Shown here: in pieces, positions 28,712 to 37,881 of the stretch | Layout of the letters: each line of letters begins with the position of its first letter | Numbering within the stretch: the first letter of the stretch is position 1 | Source of the DNA: Akkermansiaceae bacterium | GTDB taxonomy: Bacteria; Verrucomicrobiota; Verrucomicrobiia; Verrucomicrobiales; Akkermansiaceae | Direction of reading: 5' to 3' | DNA length: 61,259 nucleotides | Assembly (NCBI GenBank): GCA_047634075.1 | Contig: JBLIDI010000001.1 | Coordinates: 1-61,259 of the forward strand | Position numbers and translations under genes: made by a program | The notes under the pieces: generated by a model | Told to the model about the DNA's origin: nothing | The model's database searches: none | Seen by the model: the letters and a program-made list of their open reading frames with translations, nothing else

Positions 28712-30166
28712 TCAATCCATCGGAATGGGGTCGGTGGGGAGGACTTTCTGGCCTTCCCAGATCACTTCTTTGGTTTTGAAGTCGTAAGTTAAGATGCGCG
28801 CTTTGCTGCCGGGGGCGGGTTTGCGGCTGGTTTTTGGGATCCACTTCTTGTGTTCGGCGATGATTTCTTCATGGCCGGGTTTCCCGATGAGGTTGGTCCA
28901 TTCGTTGGGGTCCTTAACCATGTCGTAGAGTTCCTCGGAGCCATCGGCGTAGCGGATGTAGCGCCAGTTTTCAGAGCGGATGCCGTGGTTGTGGTGGTTG
29001 TGAGTGGTGATGGCGGGGCGCTCGCGTTTGGCGGTGGCAACCTTGAGTTGAGGCATGAGGCTGAGGCCTTGAAGGTGGTCGGGGGTCTTGGCACCGATGA
29101 GTTCGGAGAGGGTGGGGTAGATGTCGAGGAGCTCGGCGGGCTGGGTGCAGCGGCCTTTGTTGATGCCGGGGCCGGCGAAGATGAGGGGGACGCGGGTGCC
29201 GTCATCCCAGAGGCTGTTTTTTCCAGTGATGCCTTTTTCGCCGATGTGCCAGCCGTGGTCCGACCAGAGAACGATAATGGTGTTGTCGGCGTAGCCATTG
29301 CGCTCGAGAGCTTCCATAAGGCGGCCGATCTGGGCGTCGACAAAAGTGGTGCAGGCGAGGTAGCTGCGGGTGAGGTTCATCCATTCATTGTGTTCCTCAA
29401 GCCAGCGCAGGCGGGGCTCGGGAAGGGACCAGTGCATATACCAGGAGAAGCGGGGGGTGTCATCGCGGTCGTCGCGCTTGATTTGAGCGAGCTGGGTTTT
29501 GTCCTCGGGGTGCAGGTCGAACCACTTTTCGGTGGCGAAGCAGGGGACGTGAGGGAGGAAAAATCCGGCCGAAAGGAAGAAGGGGCCTTCGGGTTTGGAG
29601 TCGAGGGTTTTAACGGCCCAGTCGACGATCTTGTAGTCGCCCTTGTCTTCGTCCTGGTGGGGAAAGAGGCCCCAGTCGACGAGGCGCATTTCGCTGGGAG
29701 TGTTAACGAGCTTCTTTTTGGGGAAGGGAGCGCCAGTGGCACCGGGGCCGAGATGGTCGAACTCCTGGTCCTTGGGTTTGCGGCCGTAGCCGCCGTGGTA
29801 GATTTTGCCAGCGGAGTAGGTGGTGTATCCGTTGGCCTTGAGATGTTGGGGGAGAGCGGTGAGATCTTTGAATTCGTCGAGATTCCGGAACCAAGGAGCG
29901 AGGCCGTAGATGCCGGTGGAGTCCGGGCGGAGGCCCATCATGAGGCTGGCGCGGGAGGAATTACAAAGGGGGGACTGGCAGTGGGCGTTGGTGAAAAGGG
30001 TGCCGCGGGAGGCCAGCTTGTCGATGTGGGGGGTCTTGGCGTTGGGGTGCCCGTCGAGGCAGCCGATCCAGTCATTCTGGTCATCGATGGCAATGAAGAG
30101 AATATTGGGTTTTTCGGCGGCCAGGCCGAGGGTGGCGGTGAGGAGGGAGAGGAAAGCGACACGCAT
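28712..30166 (-). CDS. Sulfatase (arylsulfatase A / iduronate-sulfatase-like), secreted
   Basis: Signal peptide, PNILFIAIDDQ metal-site motif, formylglycine-type motif region SPLCNSSRASLMMG, and WSDHGWHIGEKG motif. Confidence 0.9.
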   Translation of the reverse strand: MRVAFLSLLTATLGLAAEKPNILFIAIDDQNDWIGCLDGHPNAKTPHIDKLASRGTLFTNAHCQSPLCNSSRASLMMGLRPDSTGIYGLAPWFRNLDEFKDLTALPQHLKANGYTTYSAGKIYHGGYGRKPKDQEFDHLGPGATGAPFPKKKLVNTPSEMRLVDWGLFPHQDEDKGDYKIVDWAVKTLDSKPEGPFFLSAGFFLPHVPCFATEKWFDLHPEDKTQLAQIKRDDRDDTPRFSWYMHWSLPEPRLRWLEEHNEWMNLTRSYLACTTFVDAQIGRLMEALERNGYADNTIIVLWSDHGWHIGEKGITGKNSLWDDGTRVPLIFAGPGINKGRCTQPAELLDIYPTLSELIGAKTPDHLQGLSLMPQLKVATAKRERPAITTHNHHNHGIRSENWRYIRYADGSEELYDMVKDPNEWTNLIGKPGHEEIIAEHKKWIPKTSRKPAPGSKARILTYDFKTKEVIWEGQKVLPTDPIPMD

Positions 30167-30169
30167 GGG

Positions 30170-30547
30170 TCACTCTAAATAAACTTCGGCACTAAAGTCG
30201 ACCCGTGAACTCATTTCCGCTTCACGAATACGGTGGTTTTGAACGTCACCGGGTCGTTTTTTCTCCCAGCCATCGACTTGCTCGAGCCAGTTATTGAGGG
30301 TTTCGGTGGGGCCGGTGAGAGTGAGGATCACGTCGACAAATCGTTCGTCTTCCGAGCGGTCGATCACGGCGTGTCGCACGATGATTTCCTCCGAAATGTC
30401 AGGCAGTTCGCAGATAGAGATGATTTCTCCGGCAATCTGGCGCTGGCCTTTTTGCTGTTGGAATCGCTGGAAGAGAAGCATCGCGACCAAAGTGGCGAGG
30501 ATGATCGTCAGGTAGGTTAAGGCTTGGCGGAGGCGACGAATGGACAT
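30170..30547 (-). CDS. Hypothetical membrane-anchored protein
   Basis: ORF trimmed to ATG 30545-30547. MSIRRLRQALTYLTIILATLVAMLLF TM followed by a ~95-aa soluble domain. No family recognised. Confidence 0.45.
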   Translation of the reverse strand: MSIRRLRQALTYLTIILATLVAMLLFQRFQQQKGQRQIAGEIISICELPDISEEIIVRHAVIDRSEDERFVDVILTLTGPTETLNNWLEQVDGWEKKRPGDVQNHRIREAEMSSRVDFSAEVYLE

Positions 30548-30594
30548 GTGGAGATCGGCTTGCCGAAAGCTAAGGGGTGGAGTAAATGTAGGCA

Positions 30595-31776
30595 ATGATC
30601 TATCTCGATAACCACGCGACGACCGCGGTCCATCCCGAAGTGGTTGAGGCAATGATACCTTTTTTGACAGAGCACTTTTACAATCCCTCGAGCGGTTATC
30701 GGGCGAGTCGTGTCGTGAAAAAGGCAATCGCGCAGGCGCGCGGCGAGGTGGCGGAGTTAATTGGGGCCAAGGAGGAGGAGATTGTTTTTACGGGGTGCGG
30801 GACCGAGTCGAACAACATGGTCTTGAAGTCGTTGGCGCGAATATACGGGCGTAAGAACTCGCGCGTCATTACTGGCACGATTGAACATAGCGCGGTGCTG
30901 CGACCGTGTCAGGCCATGGAGGATGTCGGGTTTGCGGTGCATCGCTGTGGGGTCGATTCCGAGGGGCGGATGCGGGTGGATCAGTTTCGGGAAGCCTGCG
31001 AGGGCGCAGAGACGGGATTTGCGAGTGTGATGTGGGCCAACAACGAGACCGGAGTGATTCAGCCGATCGCCGAACTCTGTGAGATCGCGCGTGAGAATGG
31101 CATCGCCTTTCACACCGATGCCATTCAGGCCGTGGGCAAGATTCCGGTGAATGTGCGCGAGGTTCCTGTGGATTTTCTCAGCATCAGCGGTCATAAATTT
31201 CATGCTCCTAAGGGAATCGGGGCGCTTTATTTACGGGAGGGAGTGCGGTTCGAGCCTCTCATTCGGGGTGGGGGGCAGGAAGAGGGTCGCCGCAGCGGGA
31301 CCGAAAATGTTCCCTATATTATCGGGTTGGGGAAAGCGGCGAGCTTGATGCGTGCGGCAATGGTGAAAGATCAACATGCCGGGGTGGCCGCAAACCGTGA
31401 TCACCTTGAGAAACGACTGATTGAGGAGATCGAGGGCGTGACCTTGAACGGTTCGCGGGAGCATCGTGTCCCGACCTGTGCGCATGTTTCTTTTGAGGGC
31501 TGCGAGGGGGCCGGGCTTTTGATCCTCCTCGATGAATCAGGGGTGCAAATTTCCACCGGGAGTGCCTGCATGACGGGTAAGCAACAGCCCAGTCACGTGC
31601 AGAAGGCGATGGGGATCTCTGACGAGCAGGCCAAGAGCAGCCTGAGGATCTCGTTTTCCTCGTTCACAACCCGCGAGGAGACCGATGAGGCGGTTGCGAA
31701 GATCAAGAAGGCGGTCGCCAAGCTGCGACAAGTGCAGGGTGGCAGCGGGGTGGGCCCGGTGGTGGTTTACTCATAG
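30595..31776 (+). CDS. Cysteine desulfurase (NifS/IscS class V aminotransferase)
   Basis: IYLDNHATT start, PLP-lysine motif SISGHKFHAPKGIGALY, and active-site loop SGSACMTG. Confidence 0.92.
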   Translation: MIYLDNHATTAVHPEVVEAMIPFLTEHFYNPSSGYRASRVVKKAIAQARGEVAELIGAKEEEIVFTGCGTESNNMVLKSLARIYGRKNSRVITGTIEHSAVLRPCQAMEDVGFAVHRCGVDSEGRMRVDQFREACEGAETGFASVMWANNETGVIQPIAELCEIARENGIAFHTDAIQAVGKIPVNVREVPVDFLSISGHKFHAPKGIGALYLREGVRFEPLIRGGGQEEGRRSGTENVPYIIGLGKAASLMRAAMVKDQHAGVAANRDHLEKRLIEEIEGVTLNGSREHRVPTCAHVSFEGCEGAGLLILLDESGVQISTGSACMTGKQQPSHVQKAMGISDEQAKSSLRISFSSFTTREETDEAVAKIKKAVAKLRQVQGGSGVGPVVVYS

Positions 31777-32011
31777 GTGAGATCACTTTGTTGATTGTGG
31801 TTTCCAAAGCGACGATGTCGGCTTGCTCGCTAATTCGAAGGTTCGGCGCTATCCGGTGCTTCAAGCTCCTTGGCGTAATGCAAATCAGCGTGTTGCGCCA
31901 TTTTACGGTTGACGAGGGGCCTGCCCAGCGATGTAACCTTAGGGAACGCGAACAGTTATTTCTTTCTTGGTTGACGAGAAAGGTGATTTTTTGCGGATAA
32001 ATAAAAATATT

Positions 32012-32845
32012 ATGAAAAATTCCGACCAAAGAAATTTCGCAAAAAAGCGAACCCGGAAGACCCTCGCTGCTGCGTTTACTCTTGCGCTTGCTGCTTCAGC
32101 AAATGCCGCAATCGTAGACGGTCTCGTCGAAAATTGGGCTTTCGACGACGACTACTCCGCAGAAGTGGACCCTAGCCATGCTGGCACCTTGGTGACCACT
32201 GGAACCGGAAGTGGCAGCTTCGTTGCTGGAAAGTTTGGTTCGGCAATCGATCTTGCAAATAGCACTGATAACCAAGCCTTTGTCACAATCGGAGGTGACG
32301 AAAACGATATGGATTTTACTGGAGGCAGCATGTCAATTTCCGCTTGGTATACGACTGAATCTCTTTACACCAATTGGCAAACCTTGGCTGGTAAAGGTGA
32401 AGGTAATGGCTGGCGAATTGCCAGGGCGAGTGCCTCGGGAACCGGATTGACGTTTTCGGGCAGGAGGCCGCATGACTTTGACGCCGAACTCGATCAACAA
32501 GACGGCTCTTGGCACCATTTGGTGGCTACGGTTGAATCTGGAGGTGACAACAACATGTATATTAATGGGGTTTTGATGGCAACAAACTCATCGGGGGTCC
32601 TCCTTGAAAACAGGGGGAACGCGATGCAGATCGGCGGCAACCCTGACGCAGGAAACAGGGGATGGAACGGGAACATTGATGATGTTGCCATCTGGAATCG
32701 CGCTCTGAGCCAATCTGAAGTCGACTCGATTTGGAATGGTGGAACCGGAGCCAGCATCGCAAGTCTCTCTGTCGTTCCCGAGCCTACTTCATTGGCCTTG
32801 TTGGGCTTCGGTGGCCTCGCGCTGATTTTCCGCAAACGACGTTAG
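32012..32845 (+). CDS. LamG/concanavalin-A-like lectin domain protein with PEP-CTERM anchor
   Basis: ORF trimmed to ATG 32012, with a signal peptide. The LamG-type pattern ..WHHLVATVESGG.NNMYINGVL...GNIDDVAIWNRALSQSEV is present. C-terminus is VPEPTSLALLGFGGLALIFRKRR. Confidence 0.8.
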   Translation: MKNSDQRNFAKKRTRKTLAAAFTLALAASANAAIVDGLVENWAFDDDYSAEVDPSHAGTLVTTGTGSGSFVAGKFGSAIDLANSTDNQAFVTIGGDENDMDFTGGSMSISAWYTTESLYTNWQTLAGKGEGNGWRIARASASGTGLTFSGRRPHDFDAELDQQDGSWHHLVATVESGGDNNMYINGVLMATNSSGVLLENRGNAMQIGGNPDAGNRGWNGNIDDVAIWNRALSQSEVDSIWNGGTGASIASLSVVPEPTSLALLGFGGLALIFRKRR

Positions 32846-33029
32846 TCATTCGACTGGCCGCCGGGGAACACCTCCGGTGCAAATAGAACGATCCCGCTGT
32901 TCAGCTTCTTGCTGGGCCGCGGTTTTTTATGCTGCGCCCAACAGGATTTTCTGGGTTGAGCGCGCTCAGACGGTTTCTTATTCCTTGCAAGAAAGTCCCA
33001 TTGAGGCAAACTAGTGTTTTACTTTTTTT

Positions 33030-34040
33030 ATGAAATTAAACGCCACCTTAACTTCTCTTTGTTCTGCCGCTGTTCTGCTCCTGAGCACTCCTCTGTTAAA
33101 TGCTGAACTCGTCGACGGTCTTGTCGAACACTGGTCCCTCGACGGGGACTACAGCGCCGCAGTGGACTCTTCCCACGATGGCACCCTAGTGACTACGGGA
33201 ACAGGCAGTGCCGCTTTCGTTGCTGGAAAGTTTGGGAGCGCAGTCGATTTTACCAACTCCACCGATAACCAAGCCATTGTTACAATCGGCGGTGACGAGA
33301 ACGATTTCGATTTCACGGCCAGCGACTTTACCATTTCGGCTTGGTACACCACCGAGTTCCTTTACACCAATTGGCAAACGATCATTGCCAAAGGTGAAGG
33401 AAACGGCTGGCGAATTGCCCGGGCGAGCGCTTCGGGAACTTCATTGACGTTTTCGGGCAGGAAGCCGCACGACTATCCCGCCAAACTCGATGAACAGGAC
33501 GGCTCTTGGCATCTTCTGGTCTCAACGGTTGAGACTGGCGTCGAGACCAACATGTATATTGATGGGGTCTTGGTGGCAACAGACACGACGGCGTATGTTC
33601 CCGAGAATAGGGGGAACCCGATGCAGATCAGCGGCAACCCTGATGCTGGAAACAGGGGATGGAACGGGAAAATTGATGATGTCGGGGCCTGGAATCGCGT
33701 TCTGACCCAGGAAGAGGTGAGTTTAATCTGGAATGACGGCGCTGGCGCGAGCATCGCAAGCCTGACCGGAGGTACGACCGATCCTTTTCAGATCGTTGAT
33801 ATCGCGCAAACTCGCACTGAGGATAATATCCTTGTCGACCTTACCTTTACTTCGAAAGAAGGGAGTTCTTACTCGGTCTTTGCCACCAAAGATCTCTCCC
33901 TCCCACTTGCAAGCTGGAACGAATTGAGTGATAGTTTTCTCGCTGCAGCCGAAGCCACCACGACCATCTTCCCTATCAATTTCAATGACCTAGGTCTCCC
34001 GCTGGACGATCAACAGTTCTTTGTGGTCGTGAAAAATTAA
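33030..34040 (+). CDS. LamG/concanavalin-A-like lectin domain protein, tandem paralog with a different C-terminal module
   Basis: Collinear and roughly three-quarters identical (by eye) to the previous gene over ~215 aa. It then carries a ~95-aa tail ending ..SWNELSD...QQFFVVVKN instead of PEP-CTERM. Confidence 0.8.
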   Translation: MKLNATLTSLCSAAVLLLSTPLLNAELVDGLVEHWSLDGDYSAAVDSSHDGTLVTTGTGSAAFVAGKFGSAVDFTNSTDNQAIVTIGGDENDFDFTASDFTISAWYTTEFLYTNWQTIIAKGEGNGWRIARASASGTSLTFSGRKPHDYPAKLDEQDGSWHLLVSTVETGVETNMYIDGVLVATDTTAYVPENRGNPMQISGNPDAGNRGWNGKIDDVGAWNRVLTQEEVSLIWNDGAGASIASLTGGTTDPFQIVDIAQTRTEDNILVDLTFTSKEGSSYSVFATKDLSLPLASWNELSDSFLAAAEATTTIFPINFNDLGLPLDDQQFFVVVKN

Positions 34041-34233
34041 GAAAGGGCACCTCCGGTAAGCGCCCGGATGATCGGGATTCCCTGCTAATTTAAGGAGGGT
34101 ATCTTTCGGGTCTGAGAAAAGATCGTCATTTGGATGGGGGAAATCTCTTCGCCGCGTTGGACCCTGCCTTCTTAGCAAGAAGGCGGTAAGCCAACTTGAC
34201 CGTCTTGCGCAATCACTTCAGACTTTGGCTTTT

Positions 34234-36223
34234 TTACCCCTTGGGGAGGTGTGGCTCCAGGGAACTGGAACGCGCCTGTTGGGCGGCAGCGGCCTGTCGC
34301 TCGAAGAGCTGGGCCAGATGGTCCTGCACGCGGAAACGGCGCTCACCCTTTTCCCGCTCGATGCGTTTCGAGGTGCCATCGGGCTGGATGAGGTAGGCGT
34401 TTTGGTTGTCGCGGAAACAACTTTCGAGGATTCCGGTGAGAAGTTTTTTTGATGAGCTATCGACGATGGGCGTCATGAGCTCAATTCGTTTTTCGAGGTT
34501 GCGGGTCATCCAGTCGGCCGAGGAGATGAAGACGTTGCTATCTCCGCCCTGATGGAAGTGAAAGATGCGCATGTGCTCGAGTTGTTGGTCGATGATGGAC
34601 ACGACCTTGATGTTTTTGGCCTCCCGGCGCTCGCCCGGTTTGAGGCAGCAGATGCCGCGGATATTGAGCTTGATCTCAACCCCGGCCTTGGAGGCGGCGT
34701 AGAGGGCATCGATCATCTCCTTGTCCTGAAGGGAGTTCATCTTGGCCATGATTCGGGCTTCCTCGCCTTCGAGGGCCCGTGCCGTTTCCTCCTCGATGAG
34801 GCTGATAAGAGCCGTAGTCGGGGCGGCAGGTGAGGTAAGAGATGTCGGTGTAGAAGCGCGCGGTGAGCTCGTTGTAGTTGCCGGTACCGAGGTGGACGTA
34901 GCGTTTCAGGCGGCCATCTTCGTTCCGGATCACGAGGGTGATTTTGGCGTGGGTTTTGAGGCCTTTCACTCCGTAAAGGACTTGTGCTCCGGCACGGCGG
35001 AGTTCCTCGGCGCGATCGAGGTTGTGGGCTTCATCAAAGCGGGCCTTGAGTTCGACGAGCGCGGTCACTTGCTTGCCGGACTTGGCGGCGTGGACGAGGG
35101 CATCGACAATCTGTGAGTTCTTGGCGGTGCGGTAGAGGGTTTGCTTGATCGCTACGACGTGCGGGTCACGGGCCGCTTCTTCGATGAAGCGCACCACCGG
35201 GCGGTAGGATTGGTAGGGGTGGACCAAGATGATATCCTGTTCTTTTTCGAGGATCTCGAAGATGCTGCGGGTGGGATCGATCTTGGGAGATTCGGCTCCG
35301 GAAATAGGGGCGGTGCGGAGGTGGTTGTAGCCATCGGCCATCGCAAGTGAGAAGAGATCGGCGAGGGCAAGCGGGGCGTTTCTGATGAGATAGACTTTCT
35401 CAATCTCGAGATTGAGAAGCTCTATGAGCTGGTGGGTGAGAGCATTGTCTTGGGAGGTTTGGAGGCGCACGGGAAAGGATTGACCACGGGCCGTGACGAC
35501 TTGGTGGATCTCCTCGGCGAAGTCGTGTGCTTCGTCCTCATTGGCGGGGATATCGGTGTTCCGGGTCAGGCGGAAGGTGGTGTGCGCGGTGACTTCCTCG
35601 CCGGGGAAAAGAGAGGAGCAAAAGCGTGCCACGAGATCTTCGAGCAGGACGAAGCCGCCCTCGTCGACGAGGGCGGTGCGGGGGACGGAGGCCGGAAGTG
35701 GGAGGATGACGATGCGTTCTCCGGAGCTCGTCGGATCGAGCACCGAAAGGGCGAGGCAGACGCGGAGCGAGGGGATAATTTGGCGAGAATTTTCAGCAGT
35801 GAGAAGAAGTGGTGAGAGAAGGGGCGCGATGCTGGTTTCGAAGTAGTGGGAGAGATTCTCGACTTGGTGGGATTCCAGATTCGAGATGGCGTGGAGCGGG
35901 AGGCCTTCTTTTGAAAGGGCGGGGAGAAGTTCTTTTTGGAAGAGACGCTCTTGGTCTTTCTTGAAACGGCGAACGCGCTTCTCGATGGCTTCGAGTTGTT
36001 CTCCGACATCGAGTCCGGAGATGTCGCGGACGGTGGGGGCGGAGGACCGGAGGGTGTGGAGGCCGCCAATGCGGACCTGGAAGAATTCGTCGAGATTGGC
36101 ACCGGTGATGGCGAGGAACTTGATGCGGTCGAGAAGAGGGAGATCGGGGCGAAGGGCTTCGTTGAGGACGCGCTGATTGAATTCGAGCCAGGAGAGTTCG
36201 CGGTTGAGGTAAGGAGGCTTCAT
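34234..36223 (-). pseudogene. ppk: Polyphosphate kinase 1 with an internal deletion plus frame change
   Basis: ORF 34676..36223 starts MKPPYLNRELSWLEFNQRVLNEA and is PPK1-collinear to ..FYTDISYLTCRPDYG. The C-terminal third (..LISLIEEETARALEGEEARIMAKMNSLQD...) is in ORF 34234..34749 in another frame. About 35 residues normally between these blocks are absent. The junction is near 34800-34815. Confidence 0.85.
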
Positions 36224-36247
36224 GAAAATAGAGGGTAAGAAATGAGA

Positions 36248-37825
36248 CTAGGTGCTTTCGTTGAGCACGAGTTTCAGGCCAAAAAGGTTTTGGAAAAGAT
36301 TGCCCTTGCTGGGGAGGGCGAGGCGTTCGGCGGAGGCGTTGACGATTCCTTCGAGGTGGAGGGTGGCTTTGCCATCACCGATGGTGACCGTGAAATCCTT
36401 GATGCGTTGCGAGTGGGTGCGTTCGAGGGCATCGGCGACGCGGAGCATTGCGGAGAGCTTGGCAACGCGGATGCGATCGGGCGGGGAGAGTTTTTTGTAG
36501 TGGGTGTGGGAAAGCTGTGGGGTCGCTTTGCGGTGATAGCGGGTGATGAGGGCGACGAGGAGGCGGTCGGGATCGCTGAGGCCGAAGATCTCGGAATGGC
36601 GGATAATGTAGAGGCCATGGAGTTCGTGGGATTTGGGTGAGATGTGGTTGCCGACTTCGTGAAGAATGGCTGCGACTTCCAAGAGGAGGGCATCTTGGGC
36701 GGTGAGGTGGTGGAGTTCCTGGGTTTCCTGAAAGAGGCGACTGCTGAGGTGGGCGACATGGCGGGCGTGGCGCATGTCGCAGCCGAACTTTTTGGCGGTG
36801 AGTTTCGAGGAATGGAGAAGTTGGGATTTAAGTTCGTCGTGGGCGGCGTCCGGGTGGGCCAGGTCGGTGAGAAGGCCTTCTTCATAGTCGGACCGGGAGA
36901 CGCGGAGGGAATCGAGGTCGAAGCACTCGGCGATGGCGGCATTGATGACGAGGGCAGGAAGGACGGTGCCGGCGGTTTGGTAATCGAGGTTGAATTTTCG
37001 GACGCGCTCGGGTTCGGTGAGCGCGGCGATTTCCGAGGTGAGCTGGCGAAGAATATGGTAGCGTGATTTCGTTTTATCGGGCTTGGAAAGGTAGGGTGCG
37101 AGCATCTGGATCTCGGTGCCGATCATGACGAGGTCTTCGATTTGTTCGTCGCGAAAGTCGTAGTGAATCTGGGCGATGAGGCCGGAGATTTGCTCGCGGA
37201 TGAGGCGGATGATGGGTTCTCCGGTGAGGTCGGGCGAGTGAAGGCGTTCCCAGCAGCGGTGGGTGCCGAGGCGGTATGATTGGTAGCGCACAATACGGCC
37301 CTTTTTAGAAAGAATGAGGCGGGCGTTTCCAGGACCGACGTGGGCCACGATGGTATTACGCATCTGCATCGAGGGGGTATCGCGGAGGCGGCGGCGGGTC
37401 TTGAGGAAGACGAGACGGGTCATCTCGCCGTCATCGAGTGATTCAAAGCGCCAATGGCAGGCGATGTGGAGGCGGTTGAGGAAGACCTCGGAATTTGAAG
37501 CTTCTTCGAGAGTGTTGGTGGTGACCGCGCGTACGGGGATATCGCTGAGGCCGAGTTCGGCGAGTGCTTCCTGAAAGCCGCGGATGACGGTGACTGCTTG
37601 CTCGATGGTGGAGGAACTCACTTTGCCTCGGCCGAAGATATCGCGACCGAGGGGAATATTTTTTTCTAAAAAATCGACCCGCTCCTCGGTGCCGTCTTCT
37701 GCGATGCGCAGAATAATCATGGAGGCGTGGCTGGCGCCAATGTGGACGGCGGCACGGAGCGTTTCGGAGGAAAGGTCGAGCATGGTCTTCAGTGCAATAA
37801 GGTCCCAAGTTTGGGGGTTCGGCAA
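36248..37825 (-). CDS. ppx: Exopolyphosphatase, Ppx/GppA family with C-terminal HD domain
   Basis: Ppx/GppA N-terminal pattern (AAVHIGASHASMIILRI..., VRAVTTNTLEEASN) and HD region (ILHEVGNHISPKSHELHGLYII). The start may be ATG 37783 instead. It lies directly upstream of ppk1 on the same strand. Confidence 0.85.
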   Translation of the reverse strand: MPNPQTWDLIALKTMLDLSSETLRAAVHIGASHASMIILRIAEDGTEERVDFLEKNIPLGRDIFGRGKVSSSTIEQAVTVIRGFQEALAELGLSDIPVRAVTTNTLEEASNSEVFLNRLHIACHWRFESLDDGEMTRLVFLKTRRRLRDTPSMQMRNTIVAHVGPGNARLILSKKGRIVRYQSYRLGTHRCWERLHSPDLTGEPIIRLIREQISGLIAQIHYDFRDEQIEDLVMIGTEIQMLAPYLSKPDKTKSRYHILRQLTSEIAALTEPERVRKFNLDYQTAGTVLPALVINAAIAECFDLDSLRVSRSDYEEGLLTDLAHPDAAHDELKSQLLHSSKLTAKKFGCDMRHARHVAHLSSRLFQETQELHHLTAQDALLLEVAAILHEVGNHISPKSHELHGLYIIRHSEIFGLSDPDRLLVALITRYHRKATPQLSHTHYKKLSPPDRIRVAKLSAMLRVADALERTHSQRIKDFTVTIGDGKATLHLEGIVNASAERLALPSKGNLFQNLFGLKLVLNEST

Positions 37826-37881
37826 CTGGGAAATTGTGACCTTTTTCTTGCAAGCAAGGCGCAGGCGGGAATTGTGAAGGA

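Noticed and set aside
28653-28844. Upstream extension of the HEAT-like gene overlapping the sulfatase 3' end
   Set aside because: It would overlap the sulfatase coding region by >130 nt. The ATG at 28652 yields a normal TM anchor start.
28850-30178. 442-aa ORF antisense to the sulfatase gene
   Set aside because: Same shadow-ORF composition (G/A/V/E-rich) with no motifs. The opposite strand has an unambiguous sulfatase.
34166-34184. 8-bp perfect hairpin (gccttctt-agc-aagaaggc) between the LamG gene and ppk1, considered as a terminator
   Set aside because: No T-run follows on either strand, so it cannot be called an intrinsic terminator. It may still be structural.
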